Part shown: in pieces, positions 53,968-63,825 of the stretch
How positions within the stretch are numbered: position 1 is the first letter of the stretch
How the letters are laid out: every line of letters starts with the position of its first letter
Source of the DNA: Candidatus Eiseniibacteriota bacterium
GTDB taxonomy: Bacteria; Joyebacterota; Joyebacteria; Joyebacterales; Joyebacteraceae
Reading direction: 5' to 3'
Assembly: GCA_043819135.1 (NCBI GenBank)
Contig: JBDRFG010000106.1
Location: 67,612-131,611, forward strand
Length of the DNA stretch: 64,000 nt
Made by a program: the position numbers and the translations under genes
Notes under the pieces: model-generated
Databases searched by the model: none
What the model saw: only the letters and a program-made list of their open reading frames with translations
What the model was told of the DNA's origin: nothing

Positions 53968-54734
53968 CTCGCGACTTCGCTCTTCTTTCCGACGCGCTGG
54001 ATATCCGGAAGGGGCAGCTCGTTGCTCTCGTCGGCGGAGGCGGGAAGACGGGAGCGATGCTCACCATCTCGCGAGAGCTGGCGGACAGGGGATGGCGCGT
54101 GCTCGCGTCGACAACGACGAGAGTCGGGTCCAGCGTAGCGACCTCGATGCCCGTGCTCATGATGATAGGGGAAGAGCCTCCCAATGAACTCTCGCAGGCG
54201 ATGTCCGAGTCCGGGCGCGTCTTCCTCTCGGCCGGCCGGGGAGGGGATGGGAAGCTGCTCGGAGTCGACCCGTGGACCCTGACAGACATAAAGGAGAGGC
54301 GCCTGGCGGACGTCGTGCTCGTCGAGGCCGACGGGGCGCGCCAGATGTCCCTCAAGGCTCCCGGAGAGCACGAGCCACTAATACCCCAGAGCGCCGATCT
54401 CGTGTCGCCCGTGGCCGGGCTGGACGCCCTGGGACTTCCGATCCAGGAGGGCAGCGTCCACCGGCCGGAGTTCCTGCGCAAGCTAACCAGCTCGAGCACG
54501 GTCACACCTCAGGTCATCGCGGACGTCCTCGCGGCCGATGCGGGCGGGATGAAGGGTGTCCCGGCGAGCGCGGAGGTCTGTCCAATACTGAACAAGCTGG
54601 ACACCGTCACGCCAGATGCCGCGCATGAGGTGGCCTCGGCGATTCTTGCCAGGCGTCCCGACCGCATCCGGCGGGTTCTCCTGACAAACCTCCACACGCG
54701 TGAGTACCGTCTCGTGCTGCCTCGACGAGGTTGA
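53964..54734 (+). CDS. yqeC: YqeC-family protein (putative selenium-dependent hydroxylase accessory protein)
   Basis: LVALVGGGGKTGAMLTISRELADRGWRVLASTTTRV matches the YqeC family. TTGA overlap with the GGDEF gene. Confidence 0.65.
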   Translation: MTRDFALLSDALDIRKGQLVALVGGGGKTGAMLTISRELADRGWRVLASTTTRVGSSVATSMPVLMMIGEEPPNELSQAMSESGRVFLSAGRGGDGKLLGVDPWTLTDIKERRLADVVLVEADGARQMSLKAPGEHEPLIPQSADLVSPVAGLDALGLPIQEGSVHRPEFLRKLTSSSTVTPQVIADVLAADAGGMKGVPASAEVCPILNKLDTVTPDAAHEVASAILARRPDRIRRVLLTNLHTREYRLVLPRRG

Positions 54735-54860
54735 CACGGGCCCGGCCATCGTTCATTCTCTTCGCGCGTCTCCGGATCGTACGGGCACGCGCGTGGTAAC
54801 CGGACACGGACGTTCCGGCAGGCTCGCCTGAGAGCATGCGTGCAGTGCAAGGAGGTGGAC

Positions 54861-55106
54861 GTGGCAAGAGCCTATGTGAAGATCAGCGTCGCCGCGGGAA
54901 AAGAGCGCGAGGTCAGAGACACGCTGCGCAAGAGGCCCGAGGTGGCGTCGGCCGACCTGACGAGCGGCGACCAGGACATCATCGCGCTGGTGCAGGCGGA
55001 GAGCTTCGATGAACTGCTCGACCTGACGCTGAACCAGCTCAGGACCATTGAGGGAGTAACGGGGACGGTGACCAACCTGGTTGTCGACAAGGACGACGAC
55101 CGCTAG
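54861..55106 (+). CDS. stand-alone Lrp/AsnC C-terminal (RAM) ligand-binding domain protein
   Basis: ARAYVKISVAAGKEREVRDTLRKRPEVASADLTSGDQDIIALV...IEGVTGTVT is a RAM-domain fold with no HTH. AAGGAGG RBS before the GTG at 54861. Confidence 0.55.
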   Translation: MARAYVKISVAAGKEREVRDTLRKRPEVASADLTSGDQDIIALVQAESFDELLDLTLNQLRTIEGVTGTVTNLVVDKDDDR

Positions 55107-55149
55107 GCCCGTGATCCGCGTTTCTCAGATGCTCATGCTGGGAGAGGAA

Positions 55150-55347
55150 CTACTCCAGTTCCGGAAGGTCCTCGGTGGGAATGCCGACCGGGGCCCTGCG
55201 TTGCGCCACGAACGCCACCACGGCTCCCCCGAGTATGGCTATGTCGGCGATGATCAGAATGAACGGAACGCTGAGGCAGAACGTCGTTGCCACGAGAACG
55301 GGGACGGCGATCCCAAGTGTCTTGGCAGTCGTGGTCATGGCTTCCAC
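55150..55347 (-). CDS. small two-helix membrane protein (65 aa), hypothetical
   Basis: Two strongly hydrophobic segments. GAGGAG RBS 8 nt upstream of the ATG. Sits in the gap between convergent/divergent genes. Confidence 0.35.
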   Translation of the reverse strand: MEAMTTTAKTLGIAVPVLVATTFCLSVPFILIIADIAILGGAVVAFVAQRRAPVGIPTEDLPELE

Positions 55348-55627
55348 GCTCCTCAGTGACGGCCGCCGCGCGGCGACCCCTTGCCCCGGTCGTCGAGGCC
55401 GTTCCTTAACCTAGTTTCAGCGTAACACATACACCACAGCCTGTCAAGCATTACACCTACCCGCGGTCCGCTCCGCGCCCAGCCGTCGCACGCGCCAGTG
55501 AGAGCCACTCACAGCCTATCACAAGCCGCTACCCCCGTCCAGAGCTACCTGGACAGGAACGAAACGTGCTGCTTGAGAACGCTTGCGCGCAACCGCCCCT
55601 TAGCTTCGCCCCGCTCCAGGTACCAGG

Positions 55628-58210
55628 ATGCTCGGTCTCAAGGACAGGATTCCGGCTCTTCTGGCGGCCCTGGCCGCCTGCATCGGGGTCGGCCTGGCCG
55701 GATTCTTGTCGCGCGGCGACGGAATGCCGGGTGTTCCGGCGCACGGGCCTACGGTTGCGGGGCTTCTCCTGTGTGTCCTTTCGGCTGTCAACGCGGTTGG
55801 CGGAGCGGGCGAGCGACGGGGTCGTGCCCTGCTTGCAGACGTCGCCCTTCTGGCGGCGCTGGCGCTCGCCGCGTGGGCGCACTACGACGCGGTCCATCTT
55901 GCACTCCCGCCCGAGCACATCGCAGTCCACGGGGGCGCCGGTCACGTCGCCGTGCGCTCGCGCCTGGTGGAGGTCCGCCGCTCATCAGCGGGCCACTCGA
56001 ACGTCGTGCTCGACGCCCTCGAACTCGTGGACCCGTCGGCGCCGGGGTTGCCGGGCAGGCCGGCCTCGGGGCTCGCGTGGGCTCGGTGGCCGGACGGTGA
56101 GGCGACACCCGCGAAGGGCGATGTCGCCGTGCTCGCCGGCGAGTTCCGCTGTCCGGGCCGCCCCAGAAACCCGGCCGCGTTCGACTTCGCGTTCTACCTC
56201 CGAAACAGACGCATCCACCGCACACTGGCCGGCGGCAGACTGCTCTCGCGCGAGCGCGCGACGGGGCACGCCGACGTGGCAGCGTGGATCTACCGGACAC
56301 TTCCCCGCAGGGTACCGGGCGTCCCCGGCGAGGTGCTCCGCGGGCTTCTTCTCGGCACCGGTCGAGAGCTGCCCGAGGAGCTCACGCAGGCCTTCCGAAG
56401 ATCGGGGACGGTCCACGTGCTGGCGGTATCGGGTCTGCACGTCGGCTTCATCGTCCTGATCGTCCACGGTGTGCTGAGGTCCCTTAGGGTACCGCGAAGA
56501 GCCGCGCGCCTCCTCGTGCTCCCAGCGCTCGTGGCTTTCGTTCTCATCGTCGGGGCGAGACCATCCGTCGTCAGGGCGAGCGCAATGGCAGCGTTCTTGA
56601 TGGCTGCCCCTCTGCTCGAACGGAGGCCGAACCCGCTGAACGCCCTCGGCGCGGCGGCCCTGGCGCTGCTCATCGTCCGCCCCGGATCTCTCTTCGATCT
56701 CGGGTTCCAGCTTTCCTTCTCGGCGGTCGGTGGGATCCTCCTGCTGCACCGGCCGTTTGAGAAGACGCTGTCGGCCGCGTTCGGCGCACGCGGGAGGTGG
56801 GTCGGCAGGTTCGCCGCGCCTCTCGCGCTGTCGCTGTCCGCGCAGGTCGGCGTCGCTCCTATCCTGATCGGGGTCTTCGGAGAGGTCTCGGTGGTTTCGC
56901 CGATCGCCAACCTCGCCGTCGTTCCGCTCGCCGGCATCTCGGTGGCCTCGGGCATCGCCCTGCTGGTGTTCGACCCACTGGGAAGCTGGCCGGCGTCGGC
57001 GTTCGCGGCCTGCGCGTGGTGCGCGATCCGACTGCTGGTACTGGTCACGGAATTCCTGGGTAATTTCCCGTGGGCGACGGTCCGGGTCGCGTCGCGCTTC
57101 TGGCCGGCCGTCCTCTGCGCGACGGCGGGACTCTGTCTCCGAGTGAGAGCGGAGTCCGTCTGCGGAAGGCGCGCGGGTCTGGCCGTTCTCGTCGGCTCGG
57201 CGGCCCTCACCGCGGCGCTGGGCCTCGCGGGGCCGGGGAGGAGCTTCCCGCGGGTGGTCTTCTTCGACGTGGGGCAGGGGGATTCCATCCTGTTCGAGCT
57301 GCCGCGGCGACGCTACATGCTCGTCGACGCGGGGCCGGGACCCACGTCGGCGGACGAGGCCGAGGGGCACCGGGTCCGCGACACGGGCAGAGACGTTGTT
57401 CTGCCACACCTCAGACACGAGGGCGTAACGCGGCTCGACGGTCTCGTGATCACTCACGCTCACGCCGACCACTTCGGCGGAGCCGCGTCCGTACTGAGCG
57501 CCGTCACGGTCGACACTCTGTTCCTGCCAGCGGGGAGAAGCGCGGATGCCCGACTGGTCGAGCTGGTGCGCCTGGCGGAAAGCAGAGGAACGACCGTTCG
57601 CGAGGTGCGCTCGGGCGACACGCTTTCGATCGGGGGGTTCCGTTTCTCGGTGCTCTGGCCCGACGCCCATGCCGCGGCGGCGTGGTCGGAGAACGAAGCC
57701 TCGCTGGTTCTCAGGGGCCTCGTGTCCGAATGCGGCGTCCTCTTGACCGGAGACATCGAGAGACGCGCTGAGGGGCGCATTACCGCCGCGCGCGAAGACA
57801 TCTCGGCCTGGATCCTCAAGGTACCGCACCACGGCTCAGGAACGTCCTCGACCGAGGCGTTCGTGCGACGGGTGTCCCCCGGACTGGCGGTGGTCCAGGT
57901 CGGCGAGCGCAACCGCCACGGGCACCCCGATGTCGAGACGGTGCAGCGTCTCGACGCCGCGCGAGCGACCGTCCTCAGGACCGACCTCGACGGGGCGGTC
58001 GTTGTGACGATACGGGGAGGGCGCCCCGTCGCCCGGGGCGTGGTCAGCGGAAGGAAATGCGTGTTGGGGGAACGTCAGGAGTCGAGCAACGAGACGTCGG
58101 AGGGGGTCACGGGGCCCACCGTCACGAACGAGCAGTTCTCCGGGTCGATGACGCGCCGGGCCGCGTCGAGCACGCCGTCGCGCGTCACGGACTGGATGAT
58201 GGACGGGTAG
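55628..58210 (+). CDS. comEC: DNA internalisation competence protein ComEC/Rec2 (DUF4131 + competence domain + metallo-beta-lactamase domain)
   Basis: TVHVLAVSGLHVGFIV (competence domain), polytopic membrane core, C-terminal MBL motif VITHAHADHFGG. The last ~45 codons overlap the convergent M16 gene. Confidence 0.85.
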   Translation: MLGLKDRIPALLAALAACIGVGLAGFLSRGDGMPGVPAHGPTVAGLLLCVLSAVNAVGGAGERRGRALLADVALLAALALAAWAHYDAVHLALPPEHIAVHGGAGHVAVRSRLVEVRRSSAGHSNVVLDALELVDPSAPGLPGRPASGLAWARWPDGEATPAKGDVAVLAGEFRCPGRPRNPAAFDFAFYLRNRRIHRTLAGGRLLSRERATGHADVAAWIYRTLPRRVPGVPGEVLRGLLLGTGRELPEELTQAFRRSGTVHVLAVSGLHVGFIVLIVHGVLRSLRVPRRAARLLVLPALVAFVLIVGARPSVVRASAMAAFLMAAPLLERRPNPLNALGAAALALLIVRPGSLFDLGFQLSFSAVGGILLLHRPFEKTLSAAFGARGRWVGRFAAPLALSLSAQVGVAPILIGVFGEVSVVSPIANLAVVPLAGISVASGIALLVFDPLGSWPASAFAACAWCAIRLLVLVTEFLGNFPWATVRVASRFWPAVLCATAGLCLRVRAESVCGRRAGLAVLVGSAALTAALGLAGPGRSFPRVVFFDVGQGDSILFELPRRRYMLVDAGPGPTSADEAEGHRVRDTGRDVVLPHLRHEGVTRLDGLVITHAHADHFGGAASVLSAVTVDTLFLPAGRSADARLVELVRLAESRGTTVREVRSGDTLSIGGFRFSVLWPDAHAAAAWSENEASLVLRGLVSECGVLLTGDIERRAEGRITAAREDISAWILKVPHHGSGTSSTEAFVRRVSPGLAVVQVGERNRHGHPDVETVQRLDAARATVLRTDLDGAVVVTIRGGRPVARGVVSGRKCVLGERQESSNETSEGVTGPTVTNEQFSGSMTRRAASSTPSRVTDWMMDG

Positions 58211-59364
58211 CGCTCGTCGAAGTCGTCACCGAGCGCGTGGCGCTCCGCGTGCACCAGCCCGCCGGCCACGGCGTCGCTGGTCTCGCGGTCGAGCAGGTCT
58301 CTGCCGATCAGGTAGCCAATCGCGGATTCCAGTTCGTCTTCGGACGGCGGCTCCGTCCGGACAAGCCTCAGTTCGTCCATGACGCCTCGGACCAGTTGTT
58401 CGAGGTGCCCCGGGGACGTGGCCGTGTACGCCCAGAAGACACCGGGCTCCAGTCCGGCCGATCCCGACGCATCGCTCTCGATAACGTAGGCGAGCCCCTG
58501 CTCCTCGCGCAGCTTCGTGGCCAGTCTGGAGCCGAACCCGGCGCTGTCGCCCAGGATCACGTCCATGACCGATGCCGCGTAGAACGATGGGTCGGATCGC
58601 GCGATGGCGAGGTTCCCGATGCTCACGTGGACCTGCTTGGTGTCCATCGAGACCGACTCGACTCTCCTCCCACGCTGACGAGTCGGAGGTGGAGGAGGGG
58701 CGGGCCGCCGACCGTCGCCCCGCCAGGTAGCGAAACTCGCCTCCGCCGTGTCGAGGAGTTCGCCTGCGTCCATCTCTCCCGCGACCGCCAGAACCGCGTT
58801 GCCGGGCTGGTAATGGCTCTCGTGGAACGCGGCGACGTCCTCCCGCGTCACTCGCGAGACGGTCTCGGGGAGCCCGCCCACCGGGTTCCCGCGCGAATGC
58901 CCGCGGAACACGGTCTTCATGAAATCCCTGCGGCACACGTCGTATGCCTGCCCCTCATCGTCGGCCAGCTCCGCGAGCTGCCTTCGCACGCATTCGTTGA
59001 CCGCCGTCTGCTCGAACGCCGGTGACGTCACCGCGTCGGACAGGAGATCGAGCGACTCGGAGAAGTGCTCGACGAGGCCGCTCGCCACGACCGCCGTGGT
59101 CTCGTATCCCGTCATCGAGTCCAGGGACGAACCCATCGAATCGACCGCGCGTGCCATCGATGAGGCGGACCGCGAGGTAGAACCCTCGAGCAGGAGTCCG
59201 CCGCCCAGCGCCGCGAGTCCGGCGCGGCCATCGGGGTCGTACCGCGACCCCGCCTCAACGACCAGCATGGCCGTGAACACCGGCGCCGCGCGCACGGACG
59301 CCACGAGGATCGTCAGACCATTGGGAAGAACGAGCCTGTTTCGGGAGTTCACGGGACCAGCCAA
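58075..59364 (-). CDS. M16-family zinc peptidase, non-catalytic (HxxEH-lacking) partner subunit
   Basis: RLVLPNGLTILV...AGSRYDPDGRAGLAALGGGLLLEGS M16 fold with no HxxEH motif. Start set at the TTG at 59364, which has a GAGGAG RBS at 6-nt spacing. Operon with the upstream M16 gene. Confidence 0.7.
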   Translation of the reverse strand: MAGPVNSRNRLVLPNGLTILVASVRAAPVFTAMLVVEAGSRYDPDGRAGLAALGGGLLLEGSTSRSASSMARAVDSMGSSLDSMTGYETTAVVASGLVEHFSESLDLLSDAVTSPAFEQTAVNECVRRQLAELADDEGQAYDVCRRDFMKTVFRGHSRGNPVGGLPETVSRVTREDVAAFHESHYQPGNAVLAVAGEMDAGELLDTAEASFATWRGDGRRPAPPPPPTRQRGRRVESVSMDTKQVHVSIGNLAIARSDPSFYAASVMDVILGDSAGFGSRLATKLREEQGLAYVIESDASGSAGLEPGVFWAYTATSPGHLEQLVRGVMDELRLVRTEPPSEDELESAIGYLIGRDLLDRETSDAVAGGLVHAERHALGDDFDERYPSIIQSVTRDGVLDAARRVIDPENCSFVTVGPVTPSDVSLLDS

Positions 59365-60623
59365 GCGCTGCTCCTCGTTGATGGGTCGAGGTATCTCTCG
59401 GCGACGCGGCGGACGTCCGCGGCGGTCGCTTGCTCGATGCGCTTCTCGTGTTCCTCTCCGAGGCGCCAGTCCCCGAGGCACTCCCAGAACGCCAGAGCGC
59501 CCGCCTGTCCCAGCGAGGTCTCGCGACCCAGCATCAGGTCCACTCGCGTCAGGTTCTTCGCCCTGGACAACCCGTCCTCGGAAACACCGGACCGCACAAG
59601 TCCCGAGACGATGTCGAGGATCTCATTCTCGCACGCCTCCGGAGACACGCCGGAGTGCAGCGAGGCAGAGAGGTAGAGGAGACCCGAATCCGTCTGGGGG
59701 ATCTTGGAGGTCGAGACCTCGGTAGCCACGCCGAGGTCGTCGACGAGCCTCGTATACATGAGCGAACTGCGACCCGATGAAAGCAGCGCGGACAGAAGTT
59801 CGAGCGCCGGAGTGTCTTCGTGCGTGGCCGCGGGCGTGCGGAAGGAAAGCACTACCTCGGAGGACGGAGACAGGCCCGACAGCACGCTCCTGCGAGGTTC
59901 GGTGACCGGCGGGTCCGCGAAACGCGGATCCGCACGCTTGCCGCCCGCCCGCGGCGTGGGGTCCACTACGAGGGGCGGGGCCGTGGCGCCGAAGAGCGTG
60001 CTCACTTCAGAGAGGACCTCGTCGTGCGTGGCTCCACCCACCACGGCCAGCACCGCTTCCTCGGGACGGTACCTCTCCGCGTAGAAGGCGCGGAGGTTCT
60101 CAAGGGTGATCCCCTCCAGGTCGTCCATCAGGCCGATGACGGGATATCGGTACGGGTGCGTGTCGAACGCCAGGGCGTCGACGGCCTCGTAGAGCAACGT
60201 CTCCGGGTCGTCGTCCAACATCATCCGCTCCTCGATAGCGACGCGCCTCTCCGTCTCGAACGCCTCCCTGCCGAACTCGCAGTGGAACATCCGGTCCGCC
60301 TCTATCGACAGGGGAGTCACCCAGTGCTCCGACGGGAGCACGAAGTAATAGAGCGTGTGGTCGCAGGTCGTCATCGCGTTGTTCGTACCGCCCAGTCGTC
60401 CCGTCAGCTGATCGATGTCCCCCTGAGGCCTCGACGGAGTGCCTCGGAACATCATGTGTTCCGTCAAATGGGCGAGACCCGTCTTCCCCGGTGGTTCGTA
60501 GAGCGATCCGGCCTTGTACATGAGCAACACCGCCACGATGGGCGAATCTTCCCTCGTGACGGTCAGAAGAACGAGACCATTCGGCAGAACGGCCTTCCTC
60601 GGACGCAAGTCGCTCAACGGCAC
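59349..60623 (-). CDS. M16-family zinc metallopeptidase (insulinase/pitrilysin-like, HxxEH active site)
   Basis: AVLPNGLVLLTV...GLAHLTEHMMFRGT contains the inverted zinc-binding motif HLTEH. GTG start. Confidence 0.8.
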   Translation of the reverse strand: MPLSDLRPRKAVLPNGLVLLTVTREDSPIVAVLLMYKAGSLYEPPGKTGLAHLTEHMMFRGTPSRPQGDIDQLTGRLGGTNNAMTTCDHTLYYFVLPSEHWVTPLSIEADRMFHCEFGREAFETERRVAIEERMMLDDDPETLLYEAVDALAFDTHPYRYPVIGLMDDLEGITLENLRAFYAERYRPEEAVLAVVGGATHDEVLSEVSTLFGATAPPLVVDPTPRAGGKRADPRFADPPVTEPRRSVLSGLSPSSEVVLSFRTPAATHEDTPALELLSALLSSGRSSLMYTRLVDDLGVATEVSTSKIPQTDSGLLYLSASLHSGVSPEACENEILDIVSGLVRSGVSEDGLSRAKNLTRVDLMLGRETSLGQAGALAFWECLGDWRLGEEHEKRIEQATAADVRRVAERYLDPSTRSSAWLVP

Positions 60624-60764
60624 CTCGTGACGCGGGCTCCGCGTGCCAGCCAGTATCGTGCGGGACCCGCTCGGTCTTGACTCGTAGACTGTATCGAGCT
60701 TATGCTTCCTCAGGACGGTCAGTCAAGCTTGGATTCTGTGGCTTTCCTCAGTACGGAGCGACCG

Positions 60765-61778
60765 ATGCTCGCATCCGATCTCCACATCCACCTCGATGGC
60801 TCGTTGCGGGACGCGACGCTCATCGCGCTATCGCGAGAGGCCGGTCTCATTCCCTCCACCGTCGATGACGACGGGTTCACACGCGAGCTGCGCTTCCGGA
60901 CGGGCATGTCGCTGGCCTCGTGCCTCGGCAGATTCGACGTGACCGTCGGGCTGCTTCAGACGCGCCGCGCACTCGAGCGTGTCGCCCGCGAACTCGTCTG
61001 TGACTGCTATCTCGACGGCGTTCGCCACACCGAGATCCGCTTCTGCCCGACTCTCCACACGCGCGAAGGACTCTCTCCCAGCGACGCCGTGATGGCGGTG
61101 GTGTCCGGGACCGAACAGGGGGTCGGCGAGGCGCTCTCGGGAGCGCCCGGAGACCGGATGTCGGCGCGCGTGATACTCTCCGTCCTGGAGGGTATGAGCG
61201 AGGAGGAGACCGGGGAGCTGGTGGACCTGGCCATCGGGTTCGCGGACTCTCTTGTCGCGGGAGTGGATCTGGCGGGCGACGAAGCTCTCTTCGACGCGGC
61301 GCGCCACGCGCGGCCGTTCGCGCGGGCCGCGGACTCCGGTCTAGGAGTGACCGTCCACGCGGGTGAAGAAGGCGATGCCGGGAACGTGACCGCGGCCGTC
61401 GAGATCCTCCGGGCAAACCGAATAGGGCACGGGGTCAGTGCGGCTTCCGACGCCGGCGTCATGTCGCTGCTCGCGGACAGAAACGTCGCCGTGGAAGTGT
61501 GTCTGTCCAGCAACCTTCACACTGGCGCGGTGGAGTCGCTCAACGCACATCCGCTCTGCAGGCTCGTCGACGCCGGCGTGCCCGTCGCGCTCGCGACGGA
61601 CAACCGGTTCTTCTCTCACACGACCTTGAGCCAGGAATACGAGCTGGCCGCCGCCGAGGCGGGCGCCGGCCAGGAGACTCTCGCCCGGTCGGTCCTCACG
61701 AGCGCCGATGCGGCGTTCCTGCCCAGCGACGACCGCACGGGGCTGCGTGAGCTGTACGCGTCCAGCCTGAAACTGTGA
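60765..61778 (+). CDS. add: adenosine deaminase
   Basis: DLHIHLDGSL at the N-terminus; SLSSD/HAGE-type metal ligands (VHAGEEG); C-terminal LATDNRFF... Asp motif. GGAG RBS before the ATG at 60765. Confidence 0.85.
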   Translation: MLASDLHIHLDGSLRDATLIALSREAGLIPSTVDDDGFTRELRFRTGMSLASCLGRFDVTVGLLQTRRALERVARELVCDCYLDGVRHTEIRFCPTLHTREGLSPSDAVMAVVSGTEQGVGEALSGAPGDRMSARVILSVLEGMSEEETGELVDLAIGFADSLVAGVDLAGDEALFDAARHARPFARAADSGLGVTVHAGEEGDAGNVTAAVEILRANRIGHGVSAASDAGVMSLLADRNVAVEVCLSSNLHTGAVESLNAHPLCRLVDAGVPVALATDNRFFSHTTLSQEYELAAAEAGAGQETLARSVLTSADAAFLPSDDRTGLRELYASSLKL

Positions 61779-61810
61779 GGCAACCCGGCAGGGGAGAACG
61801 GAGGACGAGC

Positions 61811-62440
61811 GTGGGAAGACTCAAGGTGGGCGTCCTGGCCTCGGGAAGAGGATCGAACCTGCAGGCGATAATCGACCGCTCCCTCGCAGGTGAGATCGAT
61901 GTCGAGGTCGCGCTGGTCCTGAGCGACGTCCCGGACGCTCACGCGCTCACGCGCGCCCGCGCCGCCGGGATCCCGGCTCTCCACGTCCCCCCGGGACGGT
62001 TCCGGACGAAACTGACGCCGGAGGCGGAGGCGCGTTACCTTGAAGTTCTGGAGGAACACGGCGTCGAAGTCGTTGCCCTCGCCGGCTTCATGAGGATCCT
62101 GCACGACGATTTCCTGCTGCGCTACGCCGGCCGCGTGGTGAACGTGCACCCGGCTCTACTGCCTTCTTTCCCAGGTCTGCACGGGCCAGGCCAGGCCCTC
62201 AACTACGGCGTGAAGTGGTCCGGCGCCACGGTTCACTTCGTCGATGCCGGAGTGGACACGGGACCGATAATCCTGCAGGCGGCCGTGCCTGTGATGGACG
62301 ACGATACCGAGGAGACTCTCGCGGCGCGAATCCTCGAACAGGAACACCGCATCTACCCCGAGGCGCTCCAGCTGATCGCGAAGGGGAGGCTCGCGGTCGA
62401 GGGACGCGCCGTCAGGACGACGGGAGGCAAGAACTCGTGA
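61811..62440 (+). CDS. purN: phosphoribosylglycinamide formyltransferase
   Basis: KVGVLASGRGSNLQAII...NVHPALLPSFPGLHG. GGAGGA RBS before the GTG at 61811. Confidence 0.85.
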   Translation: MGRLKVGVLASGRGSNLQAIIDRSLAGEIDVEVALVLSDVPDAHALTRARAAGIPALHVPPGRFRTKLTPEAEARYLEVLEEHGVEVVALAGFMRILHDDFLLRYAGRVVNVHPALLPSFPGLHGPGQALNYGVKWSGATVHFVDAGVDTGPIILQAAVPVMDDDTEETLAARILEQEHRIYPEALQLIAKGRLAVEGRAVRTTGGKNS

Positions 62441-63825
62441 CGGAGGCGCACCCGACAAGGCTCTGCATCGCTGTCGCGCTCGCCGTGCTTCTTCTCGTCG
62501 GCGGGTCGGGCGCGGCGGGGGACGACGCCGGGACCACTCTGGTCTACCCGCCCTTCGGCCATTGTCTGGGTATCCACAGGGCCACCGCGTTCCACCTCTT
62601 CCTCTACCTTGGCACGAGAACCCGCTTCAATGAACCGGCCGGACTGGCGGCCGTGAAGCTCGACGCGCTGGACGACCCCTCGACGACCTCCGACGACGAC
62701 GAACTGACGGTGTTCGGCCTCAACTCGGGCCAGTGTGAGATCATCTTCAACACGTCCCTCGTCAGCGTGGATACGTACGGAAACTGCGGAAGCGGCCGCG
62801 GCCAGTTCAGGAACCCTATGGGCATCGCCGCCGACTCGCGCGGCAACGTCTTCGTTGCGGACACGGGCAATCATCGCGTTGTGCGCCTGCTCTACAGCGA
62901 CGGCCGGCTGGAGTTCGTAAAGAGCTTCGGCTCCGAGGGAAGCGGCGAGCTGGGATTCTCCGGGCCGTCCCAGGTGGCCCTGGGCGAGTCGGGGACCCTC
63001 TACGTCGCCGATACCGGAAACGACCGCGTCGTCACAATGACATCAGAGGGGAGCCGGCTCTCGGAGGTCACGGGCGACGAAGGCAGCGGGGTCGCGCTCG
63101 ACCGCCCGGTCGGACTCGCCGTCGTCGAGGCAGATGACCCCTGGATAAGCAGGCGCAAGGACTTCATGGTCGTCTCGGACCGCGGGGGAGAACGGCTGGT
63201 CAAGCTCTCTCTCGACGGCAGGGTTCTAGCCGTGACCACGACTGCCGACCTGAACTTCCCGTCCGCGCGCTTCAATAGCCTGGCCATCGACTACTACGGA
63301 GGCGTCTACGCGACCGACCGGACGAACGGCCGCATCCACAAGTTCGACGGCGATCTGCGCCACGTGACGTCGATCGGAAGTTCAGGCACGGGAAACATGG
63401 AGCTGGACGAGCCGCGAGGCATCACTCTCTATCGACGCTTCGGTCAGATCTTCATAACCGAGCGAACGGGGGCGCAGTACTTCTGGATAGGCACGGACAT
63501 ACTCGACCTCGAGGTCTCACCGGACCGGATCCAACCGGGAGAAGGCGAACTGAGGCTTCGCTACTTCCTCACGGAGGTCGCCCGCGTCACGGTCGAGCTC
63601 GTGGATACCGACGGAGCCGTCGTCCACACCCTCGTATCCAACCGCCGCCGGGCCACTGGAGAGAACCTCGAGCGCTGGGACGGCATGCTCGGGCGCCTCG
63701 GAGGTCCGGCTCCCCCCGGAAGCTACACGCTACGCGTCACCGCGACGCCGACCTACTCGTCGGGGGAGTACTTCCACGATACCGCAAGTACGCCACTCCT
63801 GGTCGGGCAGGCGGCGTCCCGCTGA
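62437..63825 (+). CDS. secreted NHL-repeat beta-propeller protein
   Basis: Signal peptide. Repeated NHL units (GQFRNPMGIAADSRGNVFVADTGNHRVVRL; LYVADTGNDRVV; VYATDRTNGRIHKF). GTGA overlap with the purN stop. Confidence 0.7.
   Translation: MTEAHPTRLCIAVALAVLLLVGGSGAAGDDAGTTLVYPPFGHCLGIHRATAFHLFLYLGTRTRFNEPAGLAAVKLDALDDPSTTSDDDELTVFGLNSGQCEIIFNTSLVSVDTYGNCGSGRGQFRNPMGIAADSRGNVFVADTGNHRVVRLLYSDGRLEFVKSFGSEGSGELGFSGPSQVALGESGTLYVADTGNDRVVTMTSEGSRLSEVTGDEGSGVALDRPVGLAVVEADDPWISRRKDFMVVSDRGGERLVKLSLDGRVLAVTTTADLNFPSARFNSLAIDYYGGVYATDRTNGRIHKFDGDLRHVTSIGSSGTGNMELDEPRGITLYRRFGQIFITERTGAQYFWIGTDILDLEVSPDRIQPGEGELRLRYFLTEVARVTVELVDTDGAVVHTLVSNRRRATGENLERWDGMLGRLGGPAPPGSYTLRVTATPTYSSGEYFHDTASTPLLVGQAASR

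Noticed and set aside
55985-57832. 615-aa minus-strand ORF antisense to comEC
   Set aside because: Same reasoning. It is Arg-rich low-complexity and has no start context; comEC on the + strand has full domain support.
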